DNA of 64,000 bases. Origin: Akkermansiaceae bacterium. Its GTDB lineage: Bacteria > Verrucomicrobiota > Verrucomicrobiia > Verrucomicrobiales > Akkermansiaceae. Location: positions 96,001 to 160,000 of the forward strand of contig JBPOGF010000004.1 in the NCBI GenBank assembly GCA_051251915.1, read 5' to 3'. The notes beneath the pieces were generated by a model. The model saw only the letters and a list, made by a program, of their open reading frames with translations, did no database searches and was not told where the DNA came from. Made by a program: the position numbers and the translations under genes. Positions 37,050 through 46,279 of the stretch are shown here, in pieces (positions within the stretch are counted from its first letter, which is position 1; each line of letters starts with the position of its first letter).

Positions 37050-39557
37050 CTATGCGGCGTAGAGGGCATTTTCTAGGGCTTTGACTGCGGCTAGGTAGGA
37101 TTGTTTGTTGCCGAAGAGCTTGATGAGTTCTAGTGGGCGTCCCATTTGGCTGATGGGTTGGAGGCGGAGGAGTTCGATGGGTTTGGTGTCGAATTCTTCG
37201 AGTCCGTTGTCGGCATATTTTTCTAGCAGGGCGTCTAGGACGGCTTTGGCTTGGTCGCTGTGCTGGGTGTAGACGTCTGAGAGTTTGGCTTTCTTGGCGC
37301 GCTCGCTACGGGTGAGGGCTGGCTGGTCAAAGGCTACGTGGCAGATGAGGTCGAAGGCGTCGTAGCCCTTGCCAACTTTTTCGCGCAGGGCGTCGAGGAT
37401 GAGGCCTTGGGCTGCGAGTTCATTGATGATGGCGTTTTTCTGGTCTTCGGCGGACCAGCGCTGGAGGAACTGGTCGAGGGACTGGTAGCCTTTAGGTCCT
37501 TTAGCGACAGTTTTCTTGGTGTAGTCTTTGAGTGAGGTGGTGATGAGGGTTCCGTCGCTATCGAGGAACTGGACACGCTCTGAGATGATGTTGACGTCGA
37601 TTCCTCGGATGCGGTATTTTTTGATTTCGGTGTCGTTTGGGTCGAATGCTCCGTCACTAGGATTTCCTGTAGAGGTGAAGCCGCCAGGTTCGTAGATGGA
37701 GCCAGGTACAATAGGGTCTGGGTCTATGGGATCGTCATCTGTGCCTGTGTCTGTAGGCTCTGTTATCTCTGGTGGGTTGATGGGATCGTTTTCCTTTGGC
37801 TCATAGATCTGGACGGGATCTCCATCGAAATCTGGGTCGGCGAAGAGTTCGGTGGCTTTTCTGAAGTCGATGATGGTGAAGAAGGTTTTGCCGTGTTCTT
37901 CATTGATGCGGGTGCCGCGTCCGATGATCTGCTTAAACTCGGTCATGGATTTGATGGTGCGGTCTAGGACGATGAGTTGGCATGTCTGGGCATCGACTCC
38001 CGTGGTCATGAGCTTGGAGGTGGTGGCGATGACTGGGTAGGTGGATTCAGGGTCGATGAAGTTGTCTAGCTCAGCTTTGCCTTCTGGGTTGTCACCGGTG
38101 ATGCGCATGACGTATTTAGCATTTACTGCGCAGTGCTCACCATTTTCATTTACTAGGGCTTGTCTCATGCGCTCGGCATGGTCGATATTTTCGCAGAAGA
38201 CGATGGTCTTGGCGAAGGGGGTGTCTCGCTCGGTGAGGAACTGGGTGATCTTCTTGGCGACTAGTTCGGTGCGGTCGTCAATGATGAGTTTGCGGTCGAA
38301 GTCTTTGGCGTTGTATTCGCGGTCTTCGATGAGGTTGCCGTCGATGTCTGTGTCGCCAGCTTCAGGTCGGTATCCGTGGGCATCGATATCGATGAGTGGG
38401 CGGATGACTTTGTAGGGAGCGAGGAAGCCGTCATCGATGCCTTGTTTGAGTGAGTAGGTGTAGATGGGGTCGCCAAAGTAGTGAGCATTTGAGACGTCTT
38501 TTGATTCTTTGGGGGTGGCTGTGAGTCCTACTTGGGTGGCGGCGCTGAAGTATTCTAGGATTTCATGCCATTCTGAGTCTTCATTTGCGCTGCCGCGGTG
38601 GCACTCGTCGATGATGATGAGGTCGAAGAATTCTTTGGTGAATTGTTTGTAGACTTTCTGGTGTTCTTTGGGGCCTGTTAGAGCTTGGTAGAGGCCGAGG
38701 TAAATTTCTCTGGAGGTGTCTACTGAGCGACGTCCTTTGGTTCCTTGTGACTTGGTCATGGCTAGGTCGATGGAGACTTTGGTTCCGTCACTGCGCTCGA
38801 TGGTTTTTGACTTTGTGGAGAGTTTGGTCATGGCGTCACCTAGCGGTCTGAAATCGTTGACCATGGTTTGGTCGATGAGGATGTTTCTATCAGCTAGGAA
38901 GAGGACGCGTTTCTTTTCTTTAGATTTCCATAGTCTCCAGATTATCTGAAGCGCGGTGTAGGTCTTGCCTGTGCCAGTGGCCATGACGAGCATGATGCGC
39001 TGATGTCCACGAGCAACGGCATCGATAGTTCTGTTGATCGCGTTGAGCTGGTAATAGCGAGGTTTCTTGTCTGAGCCATCGGAATGGAAGTCTTGGCTGA
39101 TGAGTGGGAGTTTATCGTTGTCCCATTTTTCATTGTTTTTCCAGAGTTCCCAGAGTTCTTCTGGGGAGGGGAATTCTTCGTTGCTGATATTTTTCTCGCT
39201 GGTGTAGAGTGGTTGTGAGAGGTCTCGCATTACGAAGCCATCGCCATTTGCTGAAAAGACGAAAGGGACTGGCATCATCTCTGCGTAGTCCATGGCTTGT
39301 TGCATCCCAGCACCGATAGCATGCTTGTTGTTCTTAGCTTCGATGATGGCGATAGGGATGTTTGGCTTATAGAAAAGAACGTAATCAATGGTCTTGCCTT
39401 CTCCACGAGTAGAGTGGTTTCCAAAGACTCTGATACGCCCTTTGGTTAACGAATATTCCTCAAGCATCTGCGTTTGAATATCCCACCCGGCTGCTTTGAT
39501 AGCAGGGGTGATGAATTTGGTGCGGATATCGGTTTCGCTGAGTTCTTTTTTGTTCAT
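37050..39557 (-). CDS. hsdR: Type I restriction subunit R (EcoAI/EcoEI-like)
   Basis: IDYVL..IIEAK nuclease motif, MATGTGKT, DECHRGS, GLTATP, FKQIIGRGTR, EcoEI-type C-terminal DAFDLICHVAF. Confidence 0.96.
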   Translation of the reverse strand: MNKKELSETDIRTKFITPAIKAAGWDIQTQMLEEYSLTKGRIRVFGNHSTRGEGKTIDYVLFYKPNIPIAIIEAKNNKHAIGAGMQQAMDYAEMMPVPFVFSANGDGFVMRDLSQPLYTSEKNISNEEFPSPEELWELWKNNEKWDNDKLPLISQDFHSDGSDKKPRYYQLNAINRTIDAVARGHQRIMLVMATGTGKTYTALQIIWRLWKSKEKKRVLFLADRNILIDQTMVNDFRPLGDAMTKLSTKSKTIERSDGTKVSIDLAMTKSQGTKGRRSVDTSREIYLGLYQALTGPKEHQKVYKQFTKEFFDLIIIDECHRGSANEDSEWHEILEYFSAATQVGLTATPKESKDVSNAHYFGDPIYTYSLKQGIDDGFLAPYKVIRPLIDIDAHGYRPEAGDTDIDGNLIEDREYNAKDFDRKLIIDDRTELVAKKITQFLTERDTPFAKTIVFCENIDHAERMRQALVNENGEHCAVNAKYVMRITGDNPEGKAELDNFIDPESTYPVIATTSKLMTTGVDAQTCQLIVLDRTIKSMTEFKQIIGRGTRINEEHGKTFFTIIDFRKATELFADPDFDGDPVQIYEPKENDPINPPEITEPTDTGTDDDPIDPDPIVPGSIYEPGGFTSTGNPSDGAFDPNDTEIKKYRIRGIDVNIISERVQFLDSDGTLITTSLKDYTKKTVAKGPKGYQSLDQFLQRWSAEDQKNAIINELAAQGLILDALREKVGKGYDAFDLICHVAFDQPALTRSERAKKAKLSDVYTQHSDQAKAVLDALLEKYADNGLEEFDTKPIELLRLQPISQMGRPLELIKLFGNKQSYLAAVKALENALYAA

Positions 39558-39653
39558 TCTAGGAACACTGAGGTATTGTTAGAGAGATTATGCTTATATG
39601 TTTCTAGGACAAGGATAAAGACATTATAATGTTAATGGCTTACTGTGAGTAAT

Positions 39654-39691
39654 AAAAAACGCCTCAAGCTAGCGGGTAGCTTGAGGCGTTT
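39654..39691 (-). terminator. Terminator after tkt
   Basis: Perfect 15-bp inverted repeat AAACGCCTCAAGCTA / TAGCTTGAGGCGTTT with a T run on the minus strand. Confidence 0.88.
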
Positions 39692-39718
39692 GGAAATGTT
39701 CTGTGTTCTAGTTTAGAT

Positions 39719-41698
39719 CTAGAGTGATTTTGCTGCTGTTACTACGTCGTCTGCGGTCATTCCTAGTTCTTTCATGACTACGTCACCAGGAGCTGAGATG
39801 CCGAAGCGGTCGATGCCGAGGACTTTGCCTTCTGAGCCGACGTATTTCCACCAGAGTCCTGAGACGCCGGCTTCGATGGCTACGCGGTTTTTGCAGTCGC
39901 ATGGGAGAACGCTTTTCTTGTAGTCGCAGGATTGGCGATCGAAGCGCTCTAGGCATGGCATGGATACGACGCGGACGCCGTCGCCTAGTTCTTTGGCGGC
40001 GTTTACGATGTGGTCTAGTTCTGAGCCAGATGCCATGAGGATGACTTTGAGGTCACCAGTTTCTTTCTTGAGGATGTAGCCTCCTTTGAGTGTTCCTTCA
40101 CGTCTTACAGATGCTGGGACGTCTGTGTGGTTTCCTACTTTTTGACGGGTGAGGATGAGTGCTGTGGGGCCGTCATTTTTCTCGATAGCGCCAGCCCAAG
40201 CTGCTGCTACTTCTTCAGGGTCTCCAGGACGATAGACATCGAGTCCTGGGATGACGCGGAGGCCGCTGACTGTTTCTACTGGTTGGTGAGTAGGTCCGTC
40301 TTCGCCTACGCCAACTGAGTCGTGTGTGAAGATGTAGTTTACTGGTAGGTTAGCAAGTGCTGCGAGTCTGATAGATGGTCTGAGGTAGTCTGCGAATACG
40401 CAGAATGTGGCGCCGGATGGACGGAAGAGTCCGTCGTATGCGATGCCGTTACAGATAGCGCCCATTGCGTGCTCACGGATACCGAACCAGATGTTTCTTC
40501 CGCAAGGAGTTTCAGGTTTGTAGTCTCCGCCGTCTTTGATGTAGTTCTTAGTAGATCCGTAGAGGTCTGCTGAGCCTGTTACCATTTGTGGAACTTGCTG
40601 AGCGAGGGCGTTGATGATGACTCCACCAGTTCCGCGGGTTGCGTCTGCGTAGTCTGCATCGAATTCTGGGATGTTAGCGAGGAGTGCTTCTGCGGACTCG
40701 TTTGTGCCGCCAGATGCTAGTTGTTTAGCAAGTTCTGGGTTAGCTGCTGACCATGCATCGAATGTTTTTGTCCATTCTGCGTGAGCTGCTGCTTTTGCTT
40801 TTGCTTGCTCTGCAAAGTATGCTTTGACTTCGTCTGAGACGTAGAAGCCGCTGAGTGGGAGACCGAGGCCTTCTTTAGCAGATTCAGCGAAGTTAGCACC
40901 GCCTTCTCCGTGTCCTTTAGCTGTTCCGGCAACTTCAGGGATGCCTTTAGCGATGAGTGTTTTGGCGATGATGACGCTTGGTTTGCCGTTGGTGTTTGCT
41001 TTTGATGCTTCTACTGCTTCGGCTACTGCTGCTACGTCGTGGCCATCGATGACGACTGCGTTCCAGCCTTGTGACTCGAAGTATTTTTTAGATTGGTCAC
41101 CTTGAGTGACGTCAGCCATTGCATCGAGTGTGACGTCGTTGCTGTCGTAGATGAGTGTGAGGTTGTCTAGCTCGTTGTGGCCTGCGAATTCGATAGCTTC
41201 GCGAGCTACACCTTCTTGGAGGCATCCGTCACCGTTGAGGGCTATGATGTTGTGGTTGAAAATTTCGTGTTCGTCGGTGTTGTAGATGGCAGCTGCGCGT
41301 TTGCCGCTCATTGCGTATCCGACTGCGTTTGCGATTCCTTGACCGAGTGGTCCTGTGGTTGCTTCTACGCCTGGAGTTTCGTTAAATTCTGGGTGACCTG
41401 GTGTGATGGAGTGGAGTTTGCGGAAGTCTTTGACCGCTTGTAGTGGGACATCGTAGCCGCTGAGGTGGAGCCAGCTGTAGATGAACATGGAGCCGTGTCC
41501 TGCTGATAGGATGAAGCGGTCTCTGTTGAGCCATTTAGGTGCTGCTGGATCAAAATTTAGAGTTTCTCCGAAAAGGACTGCTCCGATCTCTGCACAACCT
41601 AGAGGAAGTCCCAAGTGGCCTGATGAGCAAGCGTGAACTGCATCAATTGCTAGTCCACGTGCTTCGTTTGCTGCTTTATTAAGTATTTCTTTATTCAT
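39719..41698 (-). CDS. tkt: Transketolase
   Basis: [65 protein letters not shown]. Confidence 0.98.
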   Translation of the reverse strand: MNKEILNKAANEARGLAIDAVHACSSGHLGLPLGCAEIGAVLFGETLNFDPAAPKWLNRDRFILSAGHGSMFIYSWLHLSGYDVPLQAVKDFRKLHSITPGHPEFNETPGVEATTGPLGQGIANAVGYAMSGKRAAAIYNTDEHEIFNHNIIALNGDGCLQEGVAREAIEFAGHNELDNLTLIYDSNDVTLDAMADVTQGDQSKKYFESQGWNAVVIDGHDVAAVAEAVEASKANTNGKPSVIIAKTLIAKGIPEVAGTAKGHGEGGANFAESAKEGLGLPLSGFYVSDEVKAYFAEQAKAKAAAHAEWTKTFDAWSAANPELAKQLASGGTNESAEALLANIPEFDADYADATRGTGGVIINALAQQVPQMVTGSADLYGSTKNYIKDGGDYKPETPCGRNIWFGIREHAMGAICNGIAYDGLFRPSGATFCVFADYLRPSIRLAALANLPVNYIFTHDSVGVGEDGPTHQPVETVSGLRVIPGLDVYRPGDPEEVAAAWAGAIEKNDGPTALILTRQKVGNHTDVPASVRREGTLKGGYILKKETGDLKVILMASGSELDHIVNAAKELGDGVRVVSMPCLERFDRQSCDYKKSVLPCDCKNRVAIEAGVSGLWWKYVGSEGKVLGIDRFGISAPGDVVMKELGMTADDVVTAAKSL

Positions 41699-41793
41699 AT
41701 ATGCGTAGACCATCCATGAATGAGGTGGTTAGGACAAGCCACAAATCTCTTATTTTGACTTTTTTCATGGTAAACTGTGTCAGTATTAGTTAA

Positions 41794-42723
41794 TTGATAT
41801 TAGTGAAGGTTATCATACAACTGGCAATGGTTCTCGCTGTTTTTCTTCAAATAGCGATAGGGAAAGAGCCTGCCAAAATACCGGCTTTTGTAGGGGCGTT
41901 AGCACCTAGGGCTCCATGGGCGGATGGTGATTCTTTTCCGGTGCATATTACGGTTGATGGCAAGGTGGAGGAAATTTCTGCAAGGTTGTATTTTGTGGAC
42001 TGTCCGGAGACGACTTCGCAAAATGACAATGATGCCACGCGTTTGAGGTCACAGGCGAGGTATTTTGGTGTGGAGGAGGCGGTTGATGTTTTGGCGATAG
42101 GGAGGGCGGCTACTGAGCGGACTCGTGAATTGCTGGCTGAGCCATTTACGGTTCATACGAAATTTTCTAATGCGATGGGCAGGTCACGGAAGAAGAGAGT
42201 TTATGTGATGATTACTTTACATGATGATAGAGATTTAGCTGCGGTTTTGGTGCAGGAGGGCTTGGCTAGGGCGTTTGGGACTACGCATTATCGTCCGGAT
42301 GGGATGGAGGGGCATGAGTATAAGAGTCTGCTGGAAGATATGGAGCTGGGTGCGGCGATCAAGAAACAGGGGATCTGGGCGAAGAGCGATGTGGATAAGC
42401 TGGTGAAGATGCGTGCTGAGGTGAGGCGGGAGAAGCGTGAGTTGTCGCAATTTGTTAGAGGTGGTGTTTTCAGTGCGGTGACGAAAGAGAATCCTGTGGA
42501 TATTAATAATGCTAGTCGTGAGGAGTTGATGCTTCTGCATGGGATAGGTGATGGGCTTAGTCATCAGATTATTTTAAATAGACCATATAAAGAGATCGAT
42601 GATTTGCTTAAAGTGAAGGGTTTGGGTGCTACGACGGTAGCGAGGCTTCGACCTTATCTTATTGTCAAAACTACAATTACATTACCTGAGACAACTGATG
42701 AAGTTATACAGCATAGCAACTAG
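41794..42723 (+). CDS. Thermonuclease (SNase) domain fused to a ComEA-like helix-hairpin-helix
   Basis: DGDSF, RLYFVDCPE, LVQEGLARA, GIW; C-terminal VDINNASREELMLLHGIG...KVKGLG. Start uncertain. Confidence 0.85.
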   Translation: MILVKVIIQLAMVLAVFLQIAIGKEPAKIPAFVGALAPRAPWADGDSFPVHITVDGKVEEISARLYFVDCPETTSQNDNDATRLRSQARYFGVEEAVDVLAIGRAATERTRELLAEPFTVHTKFSNAMGRSRKKRVYVMITLHDDRDLAAVLVQEGLARAFGTTHYRPDGMEGHEYKSLLEDMELGAAIKKQGIWAKSDVDKLVKMRAEVRREKRELSQFVRGGVFSAVTKENPVDINNASREELMLLHGIGDGLSHQIILNRPYKEIDDLLKVKGLGATTVARLRPYLIVKTTITLPETTDEVIQHSN

Positions 42724-43057
42724 CCTATTACTCAGCATATCTGCTGTGATCGCGGATGATAAAGCCACGCCTATTTTTAATGGCAAGGATCTGGCTGGGT
42801 GGTCAGTGAAGAGTAAAGAGGCAGAAAAAGCGAAGGCTGAGGGCTATTGGTCGGTGGTGGATGGGGCGATTCAGGTGGAGACGAAGGGTGATACTGATCA
42901 TGATTATGTGTGGTTGAGTTATGATCAGGAGTTGGGGGATTTTGAGCTAACGTTGAAGACTCGGACTATTCGTTTTACGAAGGGGAATTCAGGGATTCAG
43001 GTTCGCTCACGTTACCATGCTAAAAGGGGGGGGGTAAGAAAGCTAAGTAGGGTGTAG
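42698..43057 (+). pseudogene. Truncated DUF1080 (3-keto-disaccharide hydrolase) gene
   Basis: Signal peptide, IFNGKDLAGW, WSVVDGAI, GDFEL, GNSGIQVRS, then the frame ends at a G9 tract; C-terminal half of the domain absent. Confidence 0.75.
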
Positions 43058-43138
43058 GATGGCGGAAATGGGAATCATTTTTATGTTTTAAATAAATCGA
43101 TGTAGGTGCTACGCTATTATATTAAGAAACACGAGATT

Positions 43139-44029
43139 ATGAAATTTACCCAACATTCTAAGATGCTAGCGGTGCTGTCAGTAGGCGTAGGGCTGGTAGG
43201 GCTCACGGGAGTGGTATATGCTGTGCCGCAGGAACTGGTCGATGGGCTGGGAGATGAGAGTTATCAGCTCCGAGAGAAGTCTGAGAAAGATCTGACGTTG
43301 TGGGCGAGGGAGAAAGGTGAGAAGGGGCTGACTGAGTTAGATAAGATGAAGGAGAAGGTTACTTCTCCAGAGGTAAGGTCTAGGTTGGAGAATGTGATGT
43401 CTGGGGTGACTGTTTACAAGGCGGTGCCTGGAACGCGTGGTTTTATGGGGATTTCTATGCAGGCTGTGATGGGTGCATCTGTAATCAATGCGGTGACTGC
43501 AAATACGCCGGCAGAAAAGGCGGGTCTTCAGCCGAATGATAAAATTATAGAGCTTGATGGGGTAGATCTCACGAAGAAGAATAGGCATGTAGATGAGGCT
43601 ACTGATTTCCTCCGGACTTATGTGAAAAGTAAAAAAGCGGGAGAGAAACTCACTGTCAAGATTGAGCGTGGAGGTAAGAAGCTAACCAAAGAACTAAAGC
43701 TTGCAGATTACGATACTCAGATGGGGTTATTAGATCCTTTTGGGAATGGGATGAATGGTGGTATTGAGATTTTACCAATGCAGGGTGGGTTACAGGGAAG
43801 GATTCAGATCGCTCCGCGTCCTAAAAATCTTAACCAAAATGAGCTGAAGGAGGAGGAGATTTTGCGATTGGAGATGAATATGAAGCGCCAAGCTCAGATG
43901 CTTAATGGAGCTGAACTGCCTGAAGAGTTCAAGAAGTTACTGGAGCGACAAAACGAGCTTAACAAGGCGCGGATCGAGTTGCTCAAAAAGGAGAGAGAAG
44001 AAGGTAAGAAAAAGTTCCTTAAGAAGTAG
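43139..44029 (+). CDS. Secreted PDZ-domain protein
   Basis: Signal peptide; GFMGISM..., TPAEKAGLQPNDKIIELDG. Confidence 0.85.
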   Translation: MKFTQHSKMLAVLSVGVGLVGLTGVVYAVPQELVDGLGDESYQLREKSEKDLTLWAREKGEKGLTELDKMKEKVTSPEVRSRLENVMSGVTVYKAVPGTRGFMGISMQAVMGASVINAVTANTPAEKAGLQPNDKIIELDGVDLTKKNRHVDEATDFLRTYVKSKKAGEKLTVKIERGGKKLTKELKLADYDTQMGLLDPFGNGMNGGIEILPMQGGLQGRIQIAPRPKNLNQNELKEEEILRLEMNMKRQAQMLNGAELPEEFKKLLERQNELNKARIELLKKEREEGKKKFLKK

Positions 44030-44183
44030 GACTGAGTGGCACTGACTTAAGGAGGTGTTGCGTGATAGGTCACTTAGAATTTTGACCGCAACTGGGCAGT
44101 AGCAAGAAGCGGGAAGCGAGGAGCCGCAAGCGGATTTCTGGAAGTGTCAGGACATAGGTAACGCTTTTGGTTTTGATGACTTT

Positions 44184-44978
44184 CTAGAGCATGTCTGGTG
44201 TTACTAGGTGCTTGGCGCCGCAGCGTGGGCAGCTGGCTTCGATGGCGGGGTCACCTTGGAAGAGTTCGTCTTTACGGTCTTTCCATGCTTTGAGGGCGGG
44301 GAGGATTTTCTCTACGCTGCAGCCACAGTGGAAACGGAATTTGCGTGTTTCCATTGCTTTGGTTTCCTCGGTTTCGGTGATTTTTTCTACGTCCTCTTTG
44401 GTTAGGCTGTTGAGCCATTCGAGGTCGGCGTCTGGTTGGGCGGCGAGGAGGACGAAGTTTTCGTCATCGAGTCTGAAGGCTCTTGCTGGGCGTTGCTCGC
44501 TCTGCATGTAGTAGGTTTCGATCCATTTGAGGGGATCTTCTGTGTCTAGCTCGACGTGTGATTTTCTGCCTTCGGTGTTTTTAACGAGGGTTTGAGAGTA
44601 GAGGTTATTGCGATCTGGCTCTTTGACATTTTCAGTGAAAAGGTGACCGGTGATGTTCTCAAAAAGTGAGCTTCCTGTGACGAAGAGGTTTACTCTTGGT
44701 GCACGTAGATTGATGGTCCAGGCGATGGTTTCGGCCCATGGTCTGGCTACGAGGTGTAGGGTGAGGACGGCCATGAGGTCTTTGAGCTTTTGGTCTAGAT
44801 CTTCCTTGTGGCGGAGTTTCTGTTCCATGAGGTGGAGGTAGTAGTCGGTGTAGATGGGGGTGAACTGGGCACGGACCATTAGGATGTTTCTGTGACGTAT
44901 GAAGGTGGAAGTTACCTTGGTGAATTCATCTACGGAGAAATCTTCTGGTTGGTCGGGTGATGGTGTGGTGTCGCTCAT
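44184..44978 (-). CDS. hslO: Hsp33 family redox-regulated chaperone
   Basis: YYMQSEQRP and Zn motif FHCGCS...CPRCG. Confidence 0.85.
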   Translation of the reverse strand: MSDTTPSPDQPEDFSVDEFTKVTSTFIRHRNILMVRAQFTPIYTDYYLHLMEQKLRHKEDLDQKLKDLMAVLTLHLVARPWAETIAWTINLRAPRVNLFVTGSSLFENITGHLFTENVKEPDRNNLYSQTLVKNTEGRKSHVELDTEDPLKWIETYYMQSEQRPARAFRLDDENFVLLAAQPDADLEWLNSLTKEDVEKITETEETKAMETRKFRFHCGCSVEKILPALKAWKDRKDELFQGDPAIEASCPRCGAKHLVTPDML

Positions 44979-45072
44979 GATATTACTGCTTCTCTATAAG
45001 GGTAGGATTGAAATTTGTGAAGTTTTTTAAATTACTTCAATTTTAGCATTCTAGTGGGGCTTCGTTAGAGAG

Positions 45073-45108
45073 AAAAACCCAGAACCTCTCGGAAGAGATG
45101 CTGGGTTA
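45073..45108 (-). terminator. Terminator after the Hsp20 pair
   Basis: AACCCAG / CTGGGTT stem with inner CTCT/AGAG; T run on the minus strand. Confidence 0.6.
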
Positions 45109-45156
45109 CACTAATTACACCTACTATGAAAAAACTGTGATGATTAAATTTTGTGG

Positions 45157-45483
45157 TTAATTGAGGATCGCGATTTCTCTCGGTAATGAGGACTCGTGCT
45201 TGCTGATGCTGAGGGTGAGAACGGCGTTCTCGAACTTGGCTTCGGCGGCGGAGACGTTGAGGTCTGGGTTTAGTTCTAGTTCCAGTTCGTATCCTTCTGG
45301 TTTGGCTGCTTGGTTGATGAGTTGCCAGCCTTCTGGGGTGGACTGAGTTCTGGGGGCGGTGACTTTGAGGGTCTCGCGCTCAGAGGTAAGTTTTACGTCC
45401 TCTTTTTTGACGCCTGGGAGATCGATGGAGATGGATGCTCCGGTTTCGGTGTTGGTTACTTTGTAGTTTGGTTTGATTGTCAT
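45157..45483 (-). CDS. Hsp20/alpha-crystallin small heat-shock protein
   Basis: DLPGVKKEDV, AKFENAVLTL, REIAI. Confidence 0.9.
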   Translation of the reverse strand: MTIKPNYKVTNTETGASISIDLPGVKKEDVKLTSERETLKVTAPRTQSTPEGWQLINQAAKPEGYELELELNPDLNVSAAEAKFENAVLTLSISKHESSLPREIAILN

Positions 45484-45678
45484 TTTTTTGAATAGTTTGT
45501 GGTTATTAGGATGCTAGTTACTTAAGGATGTTTACTGTTGATTCTTTGGAAGCGGGGCTTTGCCCTTGGGAGCGTGAAGCGGGGAGCCGCCAAGCGTTGT
45601 TCTGCCTTAAACGGTGTGATCCCTTGCTTCCGTGGGGATCACAATGCTTCCGAAGTTAGTGCTTAGCTAGTTCATTGA

Positions 45679-46071
45679 TTATTGGATTTCGATGTTTTGG
45701 CTTTCGGTTGATGGGGTCTCTTTTTTAGGGAGGGTTATTTCTAGGATGCCGTTTTCGAGTTTGGCGGTGATTCCGCTGGTTTCTACTTCATCGCCGAGTG
45801 CGAGTCTGAGGTTTCTTTCTCCTCTGGTTTCGTTGTTCGCCTTTAGCGTGAGGGTATGTTCTTCAAAGTTGAGACTGAGTTCCTCTTTGGTGTAGCCTGG
45901 GAGGTCTACTCTTGCTGCCCAGCCCGTATCGGTGGAGAAGAGTTGGTGCTTCGAGTTAGGGTATCCGGCGCAACGTTGTTCTGCTTCAGAACCTATTGCT
46001 TGGAGGTTTTGGCTGATGAGGTTGTTTAGTTCTGCGAAAATTCCGCTGTTCCATGGTAGTATATGTTTCAT
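45679..46071 (-). CDS. Hsp20/alpha-crystallin small heat-shock protein
   Basis: VDLPGYTKEEL, AKLENGILEITLPK, IEIQ. Confidence 0.92.
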   Translation of the reverse strand: MKHILPWNSGIFAELNNLISQNLQAIGSEAEQRCAGYPNSKHQLFSTDTGWAARVDLPGYTKEELSLNFEEHTLTLKANNETRGERNLRLALGDEVETSGITAKLENGILEITLPKKETPSTESQNIEIQ

Positions 46072-46117
46072 ATTGTATCTGATTGGTTAATTGGTTTGTT
46101 ACTTGTGGTTTCATAGT

Positions 46118-46134
46118 TGCAACTTGTGTGCCAA
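46118..46134 (-). promoter_or_regulatory. Sigma-54 (-24/-12) promoter of the Hsp20 operon
   Basis: Minus strand TTGGCAC-ACAAG-TTGCA matches the consensus, 46 nt upstream of the ATG. Confidence 0.88.
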
Positions 46135-46279
46135 TTCGTGTTAATGTGTTTAATGAGCTTACTGTTAGTTAGTTTGGTGTTTTTATGGTGTTCGTTACAT
46201 AGTAACTAAGTGTGACAAAATGAGTGTGGTGAGACAAAAAATGGGGACATTTTGACACATTTTCTTTGAATGGAGTTAC

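Noticed and set aside
30550..39600. Defence island as an integrative mobile element
   Set aside because: No integrase, transposase, tRNA target or flanking direct repeats recognised
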